Positions 59,654 to 64,000 of a stretch of 64,000 nt of DNA are shown here, piece after piece (the first letter of the stretch is position 1; each line of letters begins with the position of its first letter). The notes beneath the pieces are model-generated. The model did not search any database. It was not told where the DNA came from and worked only from the letters and a program-made list of their open reading frames with translations. The translations under genes were made by a program, and so were the position numbers. Where the stretch lies: NCBI GenBank assembly GCA_027451365.1, contig DAIDJN010000063.1, positions 70,979 through 134,978 on the forward strand. The letters are read 5' to 3'. This DNA comes from Phycisphaerales bacterium. Its GTDB lineage: Bacteria; Planctomycetota; Phycisphaerae; WQYP01.

Positions 59654-61543
59654 ATGGCTATGTATATATTTAATTTTACCATTACGCTGCGGCGGTTGGC
59701 CGGCATACGGAAATTGCGGCACGCTGCGCGGCTGTCGAAGAGCCGCCATGCGCTGGCGACGGCCTTTCCGGCTTTGCGCCAACGATTGCTACGGATCGCG
59801 GCCCTGGCGATTGTGGCCGGTGCGTTCAGCCGGGCCGGCGCGGTGAACGTGCTGACCAACCACAACGACCCGCACAACACCGGTCAGAACCTGCGGGAAC
59901 GGATATTAACCCCGCGCAACGTCCGGCCCGGATCGCTGGGTAAATTATTTGTAACGCGCCTGGATGGCATCGACTATGGCCAGCCGCTGCTGGTAACGGG
60001 TGTGGATATTACAGCCGGACCGCATCAAGGCTCGCAGAATGTTATTTTTGCCGCCACTGCGACCGACACGGTTTATGCCATTAACGCGGACAACGGCACA
60101 GTACTTTGGAAAACCAATTTGCTGACCCGGTTCGACAATCCGCGGGATGTGGTGACAGCCCGCGAGATTAATCCGAACTGGGCGGCCAGAAACCAGCCGC
60201 TGGAAGATACCCCCGTGATTGATCTGGCCACCGGCGCCCTTTATGTGGAATGCGAGGAGACAGAAAAAGGCCCGGGAACCCATGGCCAGTTGCATTGGAT
60301 ACATCTGCTTAGCTCTTTAAATATACGCAATGGAGCGCACTATGCGCATGATGTTAAAATTTCCGAAAGCGGCCCCAAGGGCCAGGACATCAGCGGCCCA
60401 TCCATTAAAAGAAAGAATGGCAAACGCGACCGGTTTTACGGATACGAGATTACTTTCCGTTATCTGGCTATCAATCCGGTAAACCATCTGCTTTACATGG
60501 CCTGTGCGGATCCGGGCGATATTGGCCCTTACAACGGCTGGATTCTTGGATACACCACGGTTAAAAACCGGGCCGGGAATCTGACACTTAAAGCGCTTTT
60601 CAGCGTCACGCCAAACGGCTGGGCCGGGGGAATTTGGGGAGGCCCCATCGCCATGGACCGCCGCGGCAACTTGTTTGTGGAAACAGGAAACGGCACCTTT
60701 GACACCAGACTTATCAAGGCTCCGTACAGTGGGCGATTGCGCACCGATTCTCGGAATATGGCGGTGCCGGCCAACGGAGATTACGGCGATGCCGTCCTGA
60801 AGCTGACGCCCGATTTGGATACCTATCAACATTCGGATAATCCTAATGGTTTTGGACTGCACGTCAGTGATTATTTCGTGCCGAAGGACGAAAACGTTCT
60901 GCTGCGCGGCGATCTGGACATTGGTTCTTCAAGCCCGGTTCTGCTGCCCGCTTCGGTCGGGGACGCACAACACCCGCACCTGCTGGTGATTAACGACAAG
61001 CAGGGGATTATTTACCTTCTGGATCGCGACAATATGGGTGGATACCATGGCGACGCGGCCGGCGATGGCAAATCGGGCTTCAACAATGTCGTGCAAACGC
61101 TGGATAAAGCCACCGGAGCCGGATTCAGTACGGGTGCGTTTTACGCCGGCAATCTTACACGAAGCGGTTTGATTTATTACGCGGAAGTTGGCGATTATGC
61201 CAAAGCATTTGAGATTTCCCGCGCCCATATTCGTCCGCGGCCTGTATCGCAATCGCACAGCCGTTTTCCCTATCCAGGATCAACCCCGGAAATTTCCGCC
61301 GATGGCACCCGCGATGGCATTGTGTGGATGTTAAACCGCAGCGGCAATCGGCTGCTGGCTTTCAACGCCGGCAATCTGCGGCAGGTCCTGTTCGACAGCA
61401 ATAAGGGAAAGGGACGTAATGGCATCAGCAATAAAATCATTGGCGCACAGGAAGATATGAATTCCATACCCACCGTCGCCAATGGACGGGTGTATGTCAG
61501 TACCAGCAAAGCCCTGAATGCGTATGGTCTTCAGGGACGGTAA
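59654..61543 (+). CDS. secreted PQQ-like beta-propeller protein
   Basis: VLTNHND..NTGQNL.E.ILTP, VYAINADNGTVLW, DLDIGSS, PTVANGRVYV; GGAGG RBS before ATG 59654. Confidence 0.75.
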   Translation: MAMYIFNFTITLRRLAGIRKLRHAARLSKSRHALATAFPALRQRLLRIAALAIVAGAFSRAGAVNVLTNHNDPHNTGQNLRERILTPRNVRPGSLGKLFVTRLDGIDYGQPLLVTGVDITAGPHQGSQNVIFAATATDTVYAINADNGTVLWKTNLLTRFDNPRDVVTAREINPNWAARNQPLEDTPVIDLATGALYVECEETEKGPGTHGQLHWIHLLSSLNIRNGAHYAHDVKISESGPKGQDISGPSIKRKNGKRDRFYGYEITFRYLAINPVNHLLYMACADPGDIGPYNGWILGYTTVKNRAGNLTLKALFSVTPNGWAGGIWGGPIAMDRRGNLFVETGNGTFDTRLIKAPYSGRLRTDSRNMAVPANGDYGDAVLKLTPDLDTYQHSDNPNGFGLHVSDYFVPKDENVLLRGDLDIGSSSPVLLPASVGDAQHPHLLVINDKQGIIYLLDRDNMGGYHGDAAGDGKSGFNNVVQTLDKATGAGFSTGAFYAGNLTRSGLIYYAEVGDYAKAFEISRAHIRPRPVSQSHSRFPYPGSTPEISADGTRDGIVWMLNRSGNRLLAFNAGNLRQVLFDSNKGKGRNGISNKIIGAQEDMNSIPTVANGRVYVSTSKALNAYGLQGR

Positions 61544-61804
61544 CGGTGGGAGCCGCGCAATATTGGCGGCAGACAGCCACTTTGGCCGCAGACCAAAACA
61601 CCTTGGGAAATCACCTTGGGCGTCGGGCGTCTCGCGTGAAAAGAAGCCGCTGGGGGCCGCGTTCACCGCCCAGCACACCGGGTAACCCATAACCGCAAGC
61701 CAATGATCATCACCACGAAACAAAGGCGCACCGGAATAAACCGATCCACAGATTCCACAGATTTTGTTTCCACGAGCAAATTGGCGGGAGCTCTATTTTT
61801 CTGT

Positions 61805-62341
61805 TCATAGATCGTCATGTATTGTAAAAGCCCACAGCGGAGGAGGATAAACTTTCATACCGGTATACGCCACCAATTTCCCGTCAGAAGGCACGGAATC
61901 AGCAGCTAAATTCCGCAAAATCCATGCCGCAGGCCAAACCACCGTGGGGGGCGGGCGTCTCACCCGAAATGTAGCAGCCAGGATGGCCCTCACCCTGCAA
62001 GAAAGCCTTCAAATTTTGGCCGTCGGAGGTATAGAATATGTAAGTTAATAACTGGCCGGTATTGCCCGCCCGCCGACAAAAGTTGGCGGTTATGGCGTTG
62101 GTTCGGACTTCAACGGAGCGGGAACGAAAATAATTTGAGGGGTTCAGCGTGTCCTGCCAACGTCGGATTCCGGCAGCTTCACTGCTTCCCTCACCGCTGG
62201 AATAGCTTCCCGGTCGCAACGACCTTTACCGGGGCGAGACTTGCACTCGCTGGAACACTTCGCCTTTGCACGCCGCGCCTGGGCCGCAACAGCCGCTACA
62301 GCCGCTGAAATCTCAGTTATCATGAATATCAGCCGGACCAC
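61805..62341 (-). pseudogene. possible frameshifted remnant of a further toxin/immunity module
   Basis: Three overlapping short minus-strand ORFs downstream of the RHS pair; no recognisable motif. Confidence 0.25.
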
Positions 62342-62371
62342 AATCCGCTGGGCCGCTAAAAGGGTGACCGA

Positions 62372-63112
62372 CTATTCGTCAGGGCTGTGCGGAACTGCAT
62401 CGAATTGGACATCGAAAAGATGCCCCCCGTCAGGCTGGGCACACTCCCCGTATATCACGCCGCCGCCAAACACCTTCGCCACCTTATCCAAAGCCCGGTC
62501 AACCGAGACGCCCATCAGACGGGCGGCAAGATGTGGCAGGCCGGGGGCGGGACCGCTGAAGGCAACGTCCATTAAATAGAGATCACTGCGAAAGCCGAAT
62601 TGTTTTCCGGCCGCAGTCACATCTCCCGATCCTGTAATTGCAAAAATTGCCAAGGCGGCCGAGTATTGCGCGCCAGGGTCGAGCTTCACCCTGCGCAAGT
62701 TCGTCTGTAATATCGCTGGCGATACCCTCCCAATGTAGATGCGGACCATTCCGCGCCGCCCCTGCATGACTACGACGTTCCTGTCACCACGAAAAATTGC
62801 CCGGACTGCGGTTATACCCGATGCTCCCTTGGGCGGCGGCCGCACCGGAACCGTGGGAAAGCCAACACACGGTAGATGAAGGAGCCAGGAACCCGTCGCC
62901 ACATAAGGCCCATGGTAATAAAGCCGAAACACTCCCTGCCGGGGTCCCAGGGCGGCCGTGAGATATTTTAAGACGGTCCGCTCATTGCCGAAGACTGTCG
63001 CCGCGGTCGCGACCGATTTATGTAGCGCCACAGCTTTGGGCACCTGACAAGCGCACCCGCAAACGCCAACAAGCACCAGAAGTGCAAATGCAAGCAGCCC
63101 CATAAGTCTCAT
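62372..63112 (-). CDS. putative exported/lipoprotein immunity protein
   Basis: AAGGAGG RBS overlapping the RHS stop; hydrophobic signal ending VCGCAC. Confidence 0.7.
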   Translation of the reverse strand: MRLMGLLAFALLVLVGVCGCACQVPKAVALHKSVATAATVFGNERTVLKYLTAALGPRQGVFRLYYHGPYVATGSWLLHLPCVGFPTVPVRPPPKGASGITAVRAIFRGDRNVVVMQGRRGMVRIYIGRVSPAILQTNLRRVKLDPGAQYSAALAIFAITGSGDVTAAGKQFGFRSDLYLMDVAFSGPAPGLPHLAARLMGVSVDRALDKVAKVFGGGVIYGECAQPDGGHLFDVQFDAVPHSPDE

Positions 63113-63123
63113 GAACGCCTCCT

Positions 63124-63972
63124 TCAAGGGTGCACAACGACGACCGTGGACCATGAAAATTGGCCACTGGAATAGCGGACCACATGCCTAAACTTAGTCC
63201 CAAGATTGTAATATTTGCCATCGTATTTGACGGTCCAAGTCTGGTAGCAGCGAACCGTTTGAGTCACGTTAGGCGGAATCAATTGGCCCTGGCCCTGACC
63301 GACCCTATCACCTATCACGCCCTTAATCAACGGCACGAAGTGCTCGTTAACCATACCGAGCTGTGGAGCGATGTGCTCCTGGGCAGCGTATCCCTTCCCG
63401 GTTAGCGGCTGCCCCTCACGGTTTTCTAGCTGGTAAGTGAACCACCAGTACGTTGCGTATTGCTTTGCCGGAGCGCCGACGATCACGAATTTATAGGGAA
63501 TCTTGTCTGGCTTACACTTGGGCTCAGTGGCCGCCGGTGGAGTCGCGGTCAGCCCCAGAGGATCCTCGCGACCAACCGGATTACCCATCACAAACTGATA
63601 CGTGTTCGCGCCATTGATGTATTGCAATGGATCCTGCGAAATCCACGTCCCCAAACCTGGCGAATAATTCCGGAAACGTTCGTCATACAGCCCTGTCACC
63701 ACATCCAGCGTCATGCCCTGATACAGATTGTTCACTATTGCCTGCGTGCCGGCAGGTGGTGTGGACCATTCGGCGTTCAGGACTGTGATATTGCCGTAAG
63801 GCGAATAGACATAGCGTTGCGTAACGCCCCAAGTACCGGTGGTGCTGTTGAATCCAACGACCGCGGTGGTATCCCAATTCGCATCCTGCAAATAATAGAC
63901 AGGCAAATCAGAGGATGAAAATTGTGAACCGGGAGTGAAAAACTGGTCTTCGCCGCGACCACACGAGGACAC
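63124..63972 (-). CDS. RHS repeat-associated core domain with C-terminal toxin-like domain (5'-truncated)
   Basis: YYLQDANW, RYVYSPYG, LYQGMTLD..TGLY..RFRNYSP.LGTWISQDP, NPVGREDPLGL. Confidence 0.88.
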   Translation of the reverse strand: MSSCGRGEDQFFTPGSQFSSSDLPVYYLQDANWDTTAVVGFNSTTGTWGVTQRYVYSPYGNITVLNAEWSTPPAGTQAIVNNLYQGMTLDVVTGLYDERFRNYSPGLGTWISQDPLQYINGANTYQFVMGNPVGREDPLGLTATPPAATEPKCKPDKIPYKFVIVGAPAKQYATYWWFTYQLENREGQPLTGKGYAAQEHIAPQLGMVNEHFVPLIKGVIGDRVGQGQGQLIPPNVTQTVRCYQTWTVKYDGKYYNLGTKFRHVVRYSSGQFSWSTVVVVHP

Positions 63973-64000
63973 AACGCCATTGAAGGAGGCCTTTTGATGG

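Overview
A ~55-58% GC bacterial chromosomal window (visual estimate), mostly housekeeping genes. Scattered single genes from normally operonic pathways (nuoH, purQ, pyrD, a MoxR ATPase), a eukaryote-like Ser/Thr kinase, an alpha2-type GlyRS and a planctomycete-style RHS core suggest Planctomycetota, probably Phycisphaerae (inference). Recognisable genes: pyrD, rnhA, galE, mnmE, nuoH, glyQS, thiC (behind a TPP riboswitch), mutS, a DegP protease, recA, purQ, recJ, tRNA-Ser(GGA), an ECF sigma/anti-sigma/PDZ operon, a tripartite RND efflux system, a four-domain Aas-like lipid protein, and an RHS toxin-immunity module at the right edge. The least explained signals are non-coding or regulatory: (i) a sigma-54-driven, structured ~270-nt RNA ending in CU-rich anti-Shine-Dalgarno tracts, plus two more units with the same CU-tract-plus-terminator end; (ii) a ~270-nt multi-stem, pseudoknotted element right after recA; (iii) a TG(T/A)AAC-N16-CGT ECF promoter shared by the sigma gene, an extremely His/Met-rich lipoprotein and a thioredoxin-fold protein lacking CxxC. 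No CRISPR array, rRNA or intact transposase was seen. All calls come from reading motifs by eye; no searches or folding programs were run.
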